A stretch of 64,000 bases of DNA. It comes from a virus. The notes beneath the pieces were generated by a model that worked only from the letters and a program-made list of their open reading frames with translations, searched no databases and was not told where the DNA came from. The stretch covers positions 11,616 through 75,615 of the IMG/VR virus record IMGVR_UViG_3300046170_000433; one strand, 5' to 3'. Made by a program: the position numbers and the translations under genes. Of the stretch, positions 54,840-63,958 are shown piece after piece. Every line of letters begins with the position of its first letter. Position 1 is the first letter of the stretch.

Positions 54840-55270
54840 ATGCATTTTTCATTAGTTGTAACCCACCAAGATCAACTGCTCAATCAACCAAGAAGATAGG
54901 AGTTAGAAAAGATGGAAAGCCATTTTCATTCACTACAGCGAAAGGAAAACAGCAAGAAGCCGACTTTATGTCACTCCTTATGCCGCATGTGCCTGAGAAG
55001 CCTTGCGAAGGCCCTCTTAAGCTTACGATTATTTATAAGCTTCCTTTTCTCTCTAATGAGAAGAAAGCGGTAAAAGAACGTGGCTGGGAATATCACATCA
55101 AGAAACCTGATTCCGATAATTTGCTTAAATTATTTCAAGATACAATGGGTAAGCTCCTATTTTGGAACGATGATGCCCAAGTCGTGGAATTAGCGATGAT
55201 GAAGATTCGACATCAGCAACCTGGTATTTACGTACACCTCATAGAAATCGATGAAACGGATAGAGGTTAG
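54836..55270 (+). CDS. rusA: RusA-like Holliday junction resolvase
   Basis: KPDSDNLLK...D...WNDDAQVVEL. Confidence 0.88.
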   Translation: MNAFFISCNPPRSTAQSTKKIGVRKDGKPFSFTTAKGKQQEADFMSLLMPHVPEKPCEGPLKLTIIYKLPFLSNEKKAVKERGWEYHIKKPDSDNLLKLFQDTMGKLLFWNDDAQVVELAMMKIRHQQPGIYVHLIEIDETDRG

Positions 55271-55790
55271 ACTTTCGGATACGGTCGAAGCTCGCTTGGA
55301 AAACATGAAACAAATGTTCGGCATGGAAAAGCAACAGATATTATTAGCCGCTTTTGCCCAGTACATGCCGAACATCCAAGCACCTGAACCGAAAAAGGAA
55401 TCGAAACGTAGACCCAATAGCAAGAAAAGTTTGGGTGAAGGTAATAAGCCAAAGAACATCAAAGAGGTCATCGATTACTTCAAGCAAAGAAGTGTTGCTG
55501 AGCCTCTTCAGCCAAAGGCTGAGCTATTCTTTGATCATTATCAATCCAAAGGTTGGGTTGTCGGGAAATCACCCGTCAAACATTGGGGTTCATGTCTTAC
55601 AATTTGGCTTAGAAATAATCCCGATTGGCGTCCTGTACCAGCAACGGAGAAAGAAACTATTTCACTAAATGATTTTCTAGATTGGGCAGAGGATAAGCGT
55701 CCACCGATCTTCGAGAAATATCGTACAGCGAAATCAATTCAAGATATCGACCAATTGTACATCGATGAATATGCTGACAACAATAAGTGA
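55251..55790 (+). CDS. replication initiator-like protein with N-terminal RHH-like segment
   Basis: P...EVIDYF...AELFFDHYQSKGWVVGKSPVKHW...W; directly upstream of DnaB. Confidence 0.65.
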   Translation: MKRIEVRLSDTVEARLENMKQMFGMEKQQILLAAFAQYMPNIQAPEPKKESKRRPNSKKSLGEGNKPKNIKEVIDYFKQRSVAEPLQPKAELFFDHYQSKGWVVGKSPVKHWGSCLTIWLRNNPDWRPVPATEKETISLNDFLDWAEDKRPPIFEKYRTAKSIQDIDQLYIDEYADNNK

Positions 55791-57030
55791 TCCTGATGTC
55801 GAGCGAGGTTTCCTCGCTTGCTCAGCCAAGTCGATTGAATGCTTGGATGAAGCTATCTGCATGGGAATAAATACAGATTGGTTTTCAGAGCCATTTCATC
55901 AGAAGGTTTGGACTCTTATGCTCGAGCATAAGGATTCCGAATGTATAGACATTGATGTAATTCTTTCCTTTAAAGAAGCCGAAGATCGTGACCGTGTAAC
56001 GTCAATCTACGGAGCTTGTGAAACCTCAACAGGTTTTGGTTCTTTTGTTGAAGCCTTAAAGGAGCAGTACATCAAAAATGGGCTGAAAAAGATTTCTCTT
56101 CAGATTTCCAATGACCTAGCTAGTAATCAGCAGTCTAAGATTTTGATTGAGGAAATTGATCGTGAGCTAACTAAGCTGACTATCGATAACCAAGAGGATG
56201 TTCGTTCTGCTCCTGAAATCATTGATTCCATGTGGGAACAGCTTCAAAAGCGCATGGAGCAAGATGGCATGAGTGGTATTTCAACAGGAATAAATAAGCT
56301 CGATCAGATGACTCATGGTTGGCAACCCAACAATCTCATAGTGGTGGCAGCGCGAACCTCAGTAGGAAAGACTGCTTTTGGATGCGAGATGGCTCTAAAT
56401 GCAGTCAAAGAAGGTAAGAGAGTTTTGTTCTTCTCATTAGAGATGAAAGCTGAGGCAGTCATGCGTAGGCTTATTTCGAATAAATCAGAAGTTCCTGTCG
56501 GATACATAGTTGATAATACTGCTCGCCCCGAGGATATCGCAAAATATCAGTCGGCAATGGACTGGATGAAAGACCGAAGCTTTTGGGTAGATGATCGTGG
56601 AAACATCAATACAGCTCAAGTGAAAGCAAAGGCTAGGAAGTTTGCACGAAAAGGACTCGATATGATCGTTGTGGATTACGCGCAGAAAATGCGACCAATC
56701 AATGCGAGAATCCCTCGAGAACAGCAAGTCGCTGAGATTGCAGGATCCATGAAAGACATCGCAATGGAGCTAGACATTCCAGTCATCCTTTTATCACAGC
56801 TAAATCGTTCAGCAGACGAATTAAATCGTAAGCCAAGATTATCCGACATGAGAGAATCAGGATCACTAGAACAAGATGCTGATGTCTGTCTCATGCTTTG
56901 GAGAAAGAACGATGACCCTGATGAAACAATTATATCTTTAGAAAAGCAACGCGACGGTGCATGTGGTGACATCGAAGTGTGCTTCAAACCAAAAATCCAG
57001 AAATTCACACCACGACCTGTATTACATTAA
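55765..57030 (+). CDS. dnaB: DnaB-like replicative helicase
   Basis: AARTSVGKT, FFSLEM, IVVDYAQ, LSQLNR, SDMRESGSLEQDAD, KQRDG. Confidence 0.95.
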   Translation: MNMLTTISDPDVERGFLACSAKSIECLDEAICMGINTDWFSEPFHQKVWTLMLEHKDSECIDIDVILSFKEAEDRDRVTSIYGACETSTGFGSFVEALKEQYIKNGLKKISLQISNDLASNQQSKILIEEIDRELTKLTIDNQEDVRSAPEIIDSMWEQLQKRMEQDGMSGISTGINKLDQMTHGWQPNNLIVVAARTSVGKTAFGCEMALNAVKEGKRVLFFSLEMKAEAVMRRLISNKSEVPVGYIVDNTARPEDIAKYQSAMDWMKDRSFWVDDRGNINTAQVKAKARKFARKGLDMIVVDYAQKMRPINARIPREQQVAEIAGSMKDIAMELDIPVILLSQLNRSADELNRKPRLSDMRESGSLEQDADVCLMLWRKNDDPDETIISLEKQRDGACGDIEVCFKPKIQKFTPRPVLH

Positions 57031-57032
57031 TC

Positions 57033-57473
57033 ATGAGCGCATTAGCAAAAGCAACATTCATGGGTCGCCTCACAAGCGATCCGACAGAAAAAACGATTGG
57101 CGAGTCTTCCCTTGTCACTTTCAGCCTAGCCGTAAACCTCCCAGGAAAGGGTGGAGAGAAATCTGCCCACTTTTTTGATTTTGAGGCATGGCGTGGAGCT
57201 GGCGAGTACATTGCGAAGTTCGCAAAGAAAGGTGATTCCGTTTTCCTAGAAGCTGATCTTAGGATCGATACCTTCGAGGATAAGGATGGTAAGCCCCGTA
57301 AGAAAACTAAGTTTGTGGTTAAGCCCATGACCTTCATGTTTCAATCCGGCGCCCAAACCCCTAAAGGGAGCGATTCCGAAGGAATCGCTAGCGGTTCGCA
57401 ATCCAAAGCCCGTAAGCCACAGACTGCTGACAAGGTAGAGGATCCTGATCTGGGTGAGGATGTACCCTGGTAA
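57033..57473 (+). CDS. ssb: single-stranded DNA-binding protein
   Basis: GRLTSDP, FSLAVN, AW...AEYI..F.KKG; acidic tail EDVPW. Confidence 0.92.
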   Translation: MSALAKATFMGRLTSDPTEKTIGESSLVTFSLAVNLPGKGGEKSAHFFDFEAWRGAGEYIAKFAKKGDSVFLEADLRIDTFEDKDGKPRKKTKFVVKPMTFMFQSGAQTPKGSDSEGIASGSQSKARKPQTADKVEDPDLGEDVPW

Positions 57474-57661
57474 TGGCAACATTACTAACAAAAAATATTT
57501 GTCGAGAGACTAACGTGGAAGATGGAAACGGTAGAAACTTGATAATCACAATCAATGCAGAAACTAACGAATTGGAGTTTAAGCCTAAAGGCAGAACAGC
57601 AAAGGCAATGGTTAGCCTTCCAATCTCGAAAGTTTACCAACTAATTAAAAACGCAAATTAA
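57473..57661 (+). CDS. hypothetical protein
   Basis: TAATG coupling to ssb. Confidence 0.65.
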   Translation: MATLLTKNICRETNVEDGNGRNLIITINAETNELEFKPKGRTAKAMVSLPISKVYQLIKNAN

Positions 57662-57662
57662 T

Positions 57663-57902
57663 ATGGCGGAAGAAGAAAAAGCAGAGGCTCCTGTTCAACA
57701 AACTGAAGAGGAAGCAAAACAAAAATGGGAAGCAATGTCTGTTGATGAAAAGATCAACACCATTGCCAATAACGCAATGTCTCGCCAAGAGGCATACCAA
57801 CGGATGGAAGGAATCCTCGAAAAGGTACAGACCATAGCTGTCCGCCTCGAGAATCTTGAGCTGAAGCAAAAGCTTGAGGTTCAAGACGGTGGAAAGGAAT
57901 AG
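57663..57902 (+). CDS. hypothetical coiled-coil protein
   Basis: 79-aa ORF within the operon. Confidence 0.65.
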   Translation: MAEEEKAEAPVQQTEEEAKQKWEAMSVDEKINTIANNAMSRQEAYQRMEGILEKVQTIAVRLENLELKQKLEVQDGGKE

Positions 57903-58096
57903 TTCTGACTCCTTTGATCATTCGAGTGGTAGGGAGGATAAAGGCCCTGCCACTCAGAATGATCGAGGCTACTGGTCAAGTTTGAAGAAAGAGGTGGATG
58001 AGGCATGTGAATACTTTTGGTCACGTGATCAGATATGCGGATTTACCGATGACGGAAAAAGAATTGGTACAGGGATACCTAGACGGATGAAGCAAT

Positions 58097-58354
58097 TTGC
58101 AGGAAGTCATGAATACTCGCTTTGAGATTCATCACTTAGAGGCAAAAAGATTCTTACTTACAAGTTTAGCAAACCCTCAAAATGTCCACCTAGTAGATTT
58201 AGACGAGTATGACGGCTATGGAGAATGCTCATGTGAATATTTTACGTTCAAGATTGGCCCGCAGTTAAAGAAAGGAAAAAAACCATTAAAACAATGCAGA
58301 CATTTACGCTCAGTAAAGACATTAATTCGACAGAATTTACCTTCCCAAGATTAA
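58097..58354 (+). CDS. SWIM-type zinc-finger protein
   Basis: CSCEYF...CRH. Confidence 0.65.
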   Translation: MQEVMNTRFEIHHLEAKRFLLTSLANPQNVHLVDLDEYDGYGECSCEYFTFKIGPQLKKGKKPLKQCRHLRSVKTLIRQNLPSQD

Positions 58355-58833
58355 TTGGGCTTACCGGCCCGAAGGGTATGGGGAAGACTACTTTTGCTAA
58401 TCGCATAGGTGGGGAAATTTTGAGTTTATCAACGCCGATCAAGCAGATGCTTGAACTTATAGTTCCGAAGATTTACATCTACGAGGAAAAGGAGAAGCAG
58501 ATACCAGGATTCCCTGAAGGAATAACTGCGAGAGTTCTCATGCAACGACTAGGTACGGAATTTGGGCGAGCATGTTACCCAGATATTTGGGTTAATCACA
58601 CAAAGATAGAAGCTAATAGAAGGATAAAAGCTTTTGAGGCTGTGGGGATAGAAAGCGCACGAGTAATCGTTGATGACATTCGATTCAGGAATGAAGCAGA
58701 TATGATTCATGAGCTTGGTGGAGAAGTATGGAAATTAAAACGAGAAGGATATTTACCGAAGGAAGATAGTCATTCATCTGAGGATGGCTTACCTGAAGAA
58801 CATATAGATAAGGAGATTATTATAGATGAGTAA
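58294..58833 (+). CDS. deoxynucleoside monophosphate kinase
   Basis: IGLTGPKGMGKTT, MQRLGTEFGR, DDIRFRNEA, HSSE. Confidence 0.88.
   Translation: MQTFTLSKDINSTEFTFPRLIGLTGPKGMGKTTFANRIGGEILSLSTPIKQMLELIVPKIYIYEEKEKQIPGFPEGITARVLMQRLGTEFGRACYPDIWVNHTKIEANRRIKAFEAVGIESARVIVDDIRFRNEADMIHELGGEVWKLKREGYLPKEDSHSSEDGLPEEHIDKEIIIDE
58573..58596. promoter_or_regulatory. intragenic 24-bp palindrome
   Basis: TGTTACCCA-GATATT-TGGGTTAAT; overlaps the conserved PDIWV codons. Confidence 0.45.
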
Positions 58834-58987
58834 TGTAAAATCGGACTGGGGATTTATCTTACTATGCTTGGGGTTAGTTATGCTAGTGAGTTATTTAGCT
58901 AGCTTCTTGCTCAAGTGTTAGTTGTGCGAAGAAATTATGTTGCCCGAAACCTGGGCATGGAAATTGCCCTATCTGCGAATACAAGTA

Positions 58988-59302
58988 ATGAAAGATTTAG
59001 TAAAAAAAGTAGAGCAATGGCATGAGGATCGGAATTTGATCTTAGGATCAACCGACAAGGATCAGGTCTTAAAATTAATGCAAGAGCTAGGGGAGTTGAG
59101 TGACTCTATCTGCAAGAAGAACTGCCCAGCTGATGATATAGGAGACATGTTGGTCATAATGATTAATATCTGTAAGCGAAACTTCATTACCTTAGAGGAA
59201 TGTTTAAATACTGCTTATAACGACATTAAGGACAGAAGAGGTGTGATGGTCGATGGTGTGTTTGTTAAGGAGGCAGACATGGATGAGCAAGTACAAGTCT
59301 AG
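58988..59302 (+). CDS. MazG-like nucleotide pyrophosphohydrolase
   Basis: KLMQELGEL, DDIGDMLV, CLNTAYNDIKDRRG.MVDGVFVKE. Confidence 0.85.
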   Translation: MKDLVKKVEQWHEDRNLILGSTDKDQVLKLMQELGELSDSICKKNCPADDIGDMLVIMINICKRNFITLEECLNTAYNDIKDRRGVMVDGVFVKEADMDEQVQV

Positions 59303-59474
59303 AGATTTTTGTGAGGGGGAGAAGCTTCCTAGAACTAGTCAGTTGAGTATAGCGATGACAGTAGATCAAAAGAAGGAGCTGATGCAAAATGCTCACAGGA
59401 AGAGGAAGAGTGTCTCGAGATATGTTCGAGACATATTGAAAAAGAATGGTTCTATCTCAGGGCCGAATAATTGA
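59283..59474 (+). CDS. ribbon-helix-helix (CopG/MobC-like) protein
   Basis: LSIAMTVDQKKEL..NA...KSVSRYVRDIL. Confidence 0.65.
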   Translation: MSKYKSRDFCEGEKLPRTSQLSIAMTVDQKKELMQNAHRKRKSVSRYVRDILKKNGSISGPNN

Positions 59475-59802
59475 AGAGAAAGGAAATAATATGAGCATGA
59501 GAAAGGTTTACCAACAAATTATTTCAGCAAATATGCTATCCGTTACAGTTGAGCATAATGGCTGTCACGGAGGAGATGCAGGACATGGAGGGTATGTTAA
59601 AGTAACACTTAAAGATGATGGGTGTACTGCCCTGGAGGTAGATGGTAAAGAATCTGATGGGGTAGAAATTATGCTTAGGGGAAGTACCGAAAGGGATACA
59701 TTCATCCAAGCACTTATTGTAATACTCAGAGAGTTGCATGGCCCTATTTTTGATTTAAACGGCCCGATACCATACTTTGATGACCCTGATTCTACGGTGT
59801 GA
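59446..59802 (+). CDS. hypothetical phage protein
   Basis: GGDAGHGG motif; GVEI.LRG..E..TF. Confidence 0.65.
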   Translation: MVLSQGRIIEEKGNNMSMRKVYQQIISANMLSVTVEHNGCHGGDAGHGGYVKVTLKDDGCTALEVDGKESDGVEIMLRGSTERDTFIQALIVILRELHGPIFDLNGPIPYFDDPDSTV

Positions 59803-60305
59803 CTGGTCAGATCAAAATTGATCTAAACCAAGCTGAATGCGAAATAGTTCGCTTCATAGCTGAGGGGCGAAGATCGGAAAATCGTAAGTATGGGGTTAAA
59901 GACTTACTAGTTGCAAAGGAAGACCCTTTGCAAAGGGACATAGAAGGGTGTGGAGCAGAGTATGCATTTGCTAAGGTATACAATCTATACCCTCCGACTG
60001 ATCTTCGCCCCAGGGCAGGTTCGCCGGACTTTATAGTTAAGGGCAGAACGATTGATATCAAGCAATCTGACTACGATAATGCTCGGCTAATTGTGCCTCC
60101 TTACAAGATGGATGATGCAAAAGTTTGCGACTCCTATGTGTTGGTCACTGGTAAATTACCCAATTATATACTAAGGGGATTTGCGAAAAAGCACCAAATT
60201 TGTAACCAAAAAAACTTGATAACACTTAGGTCTTTGGTTTATGCTTTGAGTATCAAAGAGTTAAACCCAATGCCTAATTATGAACGTAGCAGCATATGCA
60301 GTTGA
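59799..60305 (+). CDS. hypothetical protein with PD-(D/E)XK-like motif
   Basis: GAEYAF...PDF...IDIK. Confidence 0.6.
   Translation: MTGQIKIDLNQAECEIVRFIAEGRRSENRKYGVKDLLVAKEDPLQRDIEGCGAEYAFAKVYNLYPPTDLRPRAGSPDFIVKGRTIDIKQSDYDNARLIVPPYKMDDAKVCDSYVLVTGKLPNYILRGFAKKHQICNQKNLITLRSLVYALSIKELNPMPNYERSSICS
60201..60224. promoter_or_regulatory. intragenic 24-bp palindrome
   Basis: TGTAACCAA-AAAAAC-TTGATAACA; right arm is the same variant as at 28815. Confidence 0.55.
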
Positions 60306-60471
60306 TTCGCCAAGCGAAACAATACAAGAAAGGGTAGCTTCTTTACGTAACTTCTTAAATGTTGTCATCGACATCGAAAGTGATGCTCGAAGAAAAGCAA
60401 ATGAGATACGCAAAGATATAGAGCAATTAGAAGCTCCGAAGCTAGAAGAAGTAAATGACGATGAACTCTGA
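60280..60471 (+). CDS. hypothetical protein
   Basis: 63-aa helical ORF. Confidence 0.55.
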   Translation: MNVAAYAVDSPSETIQERVASLRNFLNVVIDIESDARRKANEIRKDIEQLEAPKLEEVNDDEL

Positions 60472-60520
60472 AATCATAATCGTCACTATACTTACTATCC
60501 TTTTTTATATTACCGCTAGG

Positions 60521-60802
60521 CTATAAGAGAAATCCTTTTTCTCTCGCCCAGGCTGGGTTCTTATGAATCTGGTCATGGCATCCTCGGCAACTTGCCAACC
60601 ACGTATCCGTATCCAAATAGTATTTACCTCTTCCTTTTATGTGATGCACGTCCGTGCTTTTTGCTTTTCCACACACTTCGCATATGGACAATGTGGCTAG
60701 GAAGTTCCGGCGCAGTTCTGAGTATTTCTTCATATCTGTCGCCCTCTTCTTCGACACTCTCCTGAGTGGCGTTTTTCTTTTTAGAGGCCCGCTTCTTTTC
60801 AT
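60521..60802 (-). CDS. HNH endonuclease
   Basis: CEVC...DVHH...CRGCHDQIH. Confidence 0.85.
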   Translation of the reverse strand: MKRSGPLKRKTPLRRVSKKRATDMKKYSELRRNFLATLSICEVCGKAKSTDVHHIKGRGKYYLDTDTWLASCRGCHDQIHKNPAWAREKGFLL

Positions 60803-60917
60803 TTTTCAATAATATGGAAATCGTAAACTCTTATAATCTGTGGCATCACAGCCATCGCATGCTCGAGGCTGATTTCGTAAAAGTACCAAAAAGTATTCCA
60901 GTCAAAGCTTTCTCCGT

Positions 60918-61208
60918 TCACCTCCGCGATGATGAACGTTTCTTGCGAGTCCCAGATGAATGTATGGACTCTGTTTTTAACCATTGATTCCATTGGTCTA
61001 AATATATACCAGCATCACCATGGTTGTCCGCTTTTGTCGGAATATCTGGTAATTTACCAGTCTTGCTCAATTTAGCCCCAATCTTTTGATAACCCATTAT
61101 CTCTGAGTAGTACTTTAAAGCCACCCCGTCCCCCTCTGAAATTGCTCTTATCTCCCTGACATAGGCAGGGGGCTTCACTCCCTTCATTGTACAATAATAC
61201 CCCCCCAA
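60918..61208 (-). CDS. hypothetical protein
   Basis: ORF within the minus-strand block. Confidence 0.5.
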   Translation of the reverse strand: MGGYYCTMKGVKPPAYVREIRAISEGDGVALKYYSEIMGYQKIGAKLSKTGKLPDIPTKADNHGDAGIYLDQWNQWLKTESIHSSGTRKKRSSSRR

Positions 61209-61271
61209 CGGGGTAGAGCATTCCTTACTGCTTCTTCAAGGGTATCAAAGACACCTTCTGCATTTTTCCAT

Positions 61272-61649
61272 TTACCTTCGTAAATATGGATTTCTTCTTC
61301 GCCTACGAATACGCTTAATCCTCTGGAGCTTATCCGAGGCTGCCCAGCCAATTGGTCTGCCATAATATTCTCTTCCCCAACATTTGTCATAAATTATGTT
61401 ACTGAATGGGACATAACACCCACATCCACGGTTCGATCCGTTACTTGGTCGGCATCTCTTCAATTCTGCATCATATATCGGGCATTTAAGGCATATTCTG
61501 AACCTTCTCTTCCATTCTCGAATATCTTCGGTAGTTTTGAGTGTTATATAAGGCAAAACCTTAAATATTCCCAATAATATGCGATAAGTAGCCAGTAGGC
61601 TTGGGTTTTCTATGCGAAATACCCGAATAAACTCCTTTATTCTCTTCAA
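61272..61649 (-). CDS. Cys-rich hypothetical protein
   Basis: CLKCP...C...GCGC...CW, Zn-binding-like. Confidence 0.6.
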   Translation of the reverse strand: MKRIKEFIRVFRIENPSLLATYRILLGIFKVLPYITLKTTEDIREWKRRFRICLKCPIYDAELKRCRPSNGSNRGCGCYVPFSNIIYDKCWGREYYGRPIGWAASDKLQRIKRIRRRRRNPYLRR

Positions 61650-63688
61650 GCGAAAGCTTCTTCCTCTTCGTAAGCAAATATAGGCTGTTGCTCATTCTCG
61701 AATAGGTCAGAAGTCTTAAAGCCAGTAGAATTATCCTCAATCGCTTCCTGTATATCTACAGCATCCCCTGCCCCGACCATCTCATCTAAAACATCTGCCG
61801 ATTCAACCGTAGGGGCTTTTTTTACACTTGTGCGATTACCCTGATTTGCGCCAATGCTTTCTGCAACTTGACTTCTATCTGCATCACTAGTCTCCAGAGT
61901 ATCTGCATTCGCATTAGCCCTTGCACCAGTGGATTTGAGATTCAAATCAGACATCCTTTGAGCTAATGCACCCTCGCCATATTGATCAGCAAAATCATTT
62001 CTGTCACCTAGATCAGATAAATCATATTCAGTACCATCCTCAGTTGTTGTAGTTTCTCCCCCACCAGATCCTGTACCTTGGTTCTGCACACCATTTCCTA
62101 AACCTCTTTTGTTCCCTACAATAGGTACATTCTTACGAGCTTTCTTTTTCTTCTTTTTCTTCTTTCCACCTCCGCCACCACCTCCGGCACCAATAGTAAT
62201 ATCTGCACCGAAAACATCTCTTGCTACAGAGAGAGGCATACTTAATGCATTACCCAAAACAGAAAGTGGTGCGCCAACAAGACCTTTCAAGCCTTGTCCA
62301 GCCATACCCAAGTTTCCGTATGCAAGACCTTGCCCCATAAGTGCAACAGAATCTGGCACACCCATAACTGTACCCAAAAGCGAATTTCTGTCACTAGAAC
62401 CAAAAAGATAATCACCCGATCCATCAATCACATTACCCATGTTCAGGATGCCTCTTCCAAGAAAATTATCACCAACAGCCTGACCCACACTTGCCAATCC
62501 TCCACCAACTGTATCAGTTACAAAGTTTAAGGGCTTAAGAAGCATTCCACCAAAATCACGGATTCCATCAGTAAAGGAATCTACCTTATCGTAGAATGTC
62601 GGAGTGCCTGCATAACGAACACCATTAACCATCTGATTAGGCTCACCATATTCATTGAAACCATATCTATCTCCTGCAATTCGTGAACGTGCTGTAGCTC
62701 GTGCAGCCGCACCAGATGAGATGCTCATCGGATCATTAAGCGCCTGTCCTATGTTTTGTGTCTGCCGAGGAAATACATAACCACCATTGGTAGCAGGATC
62801 CGAAACATAGCCCTTCTTTGCACCAATATTATTGATGCCACTAGCAATCAAACTACCTATAAATGGCGTATTGCCCTCAGGACCAGCAACCATTGTTCCC
62901 TGGGGGATATACATATTCGACATAGGATCAACATACTTCTGTCCCTCAATCGTATTATAAGAATATGCACCCAATGGTATTTGGCTTTCCGCGTATGCAT
63001 CCTGGGCTTCATTCGAATATACACCACTTGCTACATCAGGACTTGTGAAATCAAAATAATCTAATCCAGCATCTGCAGCAGAAGCTAACTGACTAGCAGT
63101 ATTTGTTATCTGACTCCTCTCCCAGTTACTCAAATTAGGGTCATTTGCTACCTCACCTAAAGCTGCAATAGCCTCATTCGAGTCAAAATTTACAGAACCA
63201 TCGTCATTATAAGTCAATAAACCATAATCTTCTAAGATATTCTGCTCTGTCTGGTTAATACTGGTTATATCCTCAAGAATCCCTGCCTCTTCTAAAGTTA
63301 AATTCTCATTCTCGAAGAAATTCGTGTTCGTTAGGGTGTCTGTACCTGTATCAAAGTTGTTTGTGAACCAGGATGGGTCATAATCACCACCCGTGTTCAT
63401 GACTCCATTCATCCAATCAAAAGAATCGGTAGTTGTGCCAAACAAATCATTCTGCACCTCCGGCAAAAGGATGTAATTGTCAGCAGGAAGATTGTAATCA
63501 GCAAACCTATCGACGCTGTTTACTGCATAACCACCTAAGTCAAATGAGCTAATCGGATCATATCCACCTCCACCACCACCAAAAGTATTACCTGCCCAAG
63601 TGTTAGCGAAGGTATCTTGAGGAGTATAGGCAGTAACCCCATCATAATAACTTGCACCACCCGAATGATTTCCTCCTAAGCCAAACAT
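61646..63688 (-). CDS. 680-aa low-complexity protein (acidic, Gly-rich, poly-Gly/poly-Lys)
   Basis: Long ORF; GGGGGGGKKKKKKKARK; start abuts the palindrome. Confidence 0.75.
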   Translation of the reverse strand: MFGLGGNHSGGASYYDGVTAYTPQDTFANTWAGNTFGGGGGGYDPISSFDLGGYAVNSVDRFADYNLPADNYILLPEVQNDLFGTTTDSFDWMNGVMNTGGDYDPSWFTNNFDTGTDTLTNTNFFENENLTLEEAGILEDITSINQTEQNILEDYGLLTYNDDGSVNFDSNEAIAALGEVANDPNLSNWERSQITNTASQLASAADAGLDYFDFTSPDVASGVYSNEAQDAYAESQIPLGAYSYNTIEGQKYVDPMSNMYIPQGTMVAGPEGNTPFIGSLIASGINNIGAKKGYVSDPATNGGYVFPRQTQNIGQALNDPMSISSGAAARATARSRIAGDRYGFNEYGEPNQMVNGVRYAGTPTFYDKVDSFTDGIRDFGGMLLKPLNFVTDTVGGGLASVGQAVGDNFLGRGILNMGNVIDGSGDYLFGSSDRNSLLGTVMGVPDSVALMGQGLAYGNLGMAGQGLKGLVGAPLSVLGNALSMPLSVARDVFGADITIGAGGGGGGGKKKKKKKKARKNVPIVGNKRGLGNGVQNQGTGSGGGETTTTEDGTEYDLSDLGDRNDFADQYGEGALAQRMSDLNLKSTGARANANADTLETSDADRSQVAESIGANQGNRTSVKKAPTVESADVLDEMVGAGDAVDIQEAIEDNSTGFKTSDLFENEQQPIFAYEEEEAFA

Positions 63689-63689
63689 A

Positions 63690-63713
63690 TGTTACCTATA
63701 TTACTTGGTTTCA
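63690..63713. promoter_or_regulatory. 24-bp palindrome
   Basis: TGTTACCTA-TATTAC-TTGGTTTCA; ATG at 63688. Confidence 0.65.
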
Positions 63714-63825
63714 TCTCATTGGTCAAATCCTGAACGCTACCAATTGATTCCCAGTTTAGGAAAGTTCAGAAACGGTGCATATATATATACAGCTGCCGGA
63801 TCCTGATTCCCCCCAGGCACCCCCT

Positions 63826-63851
63826 TGTAACCTAATGTGTATTAGGTAACA
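63826..63851. promoter_or_regulatory. palindrome variant with 8-bp spacer
   Basis: TGTAACCTA-ATGTGTAT-TAGGTAACA. Confidence 0.6.
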
Positions 63852-63860
63852 CATATGCTG

Positions 63861-63873
63861 TAAGTCGTTGATA
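63861..63873 (-). promoter_or_regulatory. IHF-consensus site
   Basis: Minus strand TATCAACGACTTA matches WATCAANNNNTTR exactly. Confidence 0.5.
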
Positions 63874-63958
63874 GCCAATAAGTTTATTCGTGGCGCTTTT
63901 ATAGGTGTCACCAAGTTGGTGCAATCAATATTAATCAAATCAAATAAAATCAAATATC

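Noticed and set aside
4251-63851. Palindrome as a CRP/FNR, NtcA or LexA box
   Set aside because: Arm sequence and spacing (TGTAAC-N12-GTTACA) differ from TGTGA-N6-TCACA, GTA-N8-TAC and the SOS boxes I know
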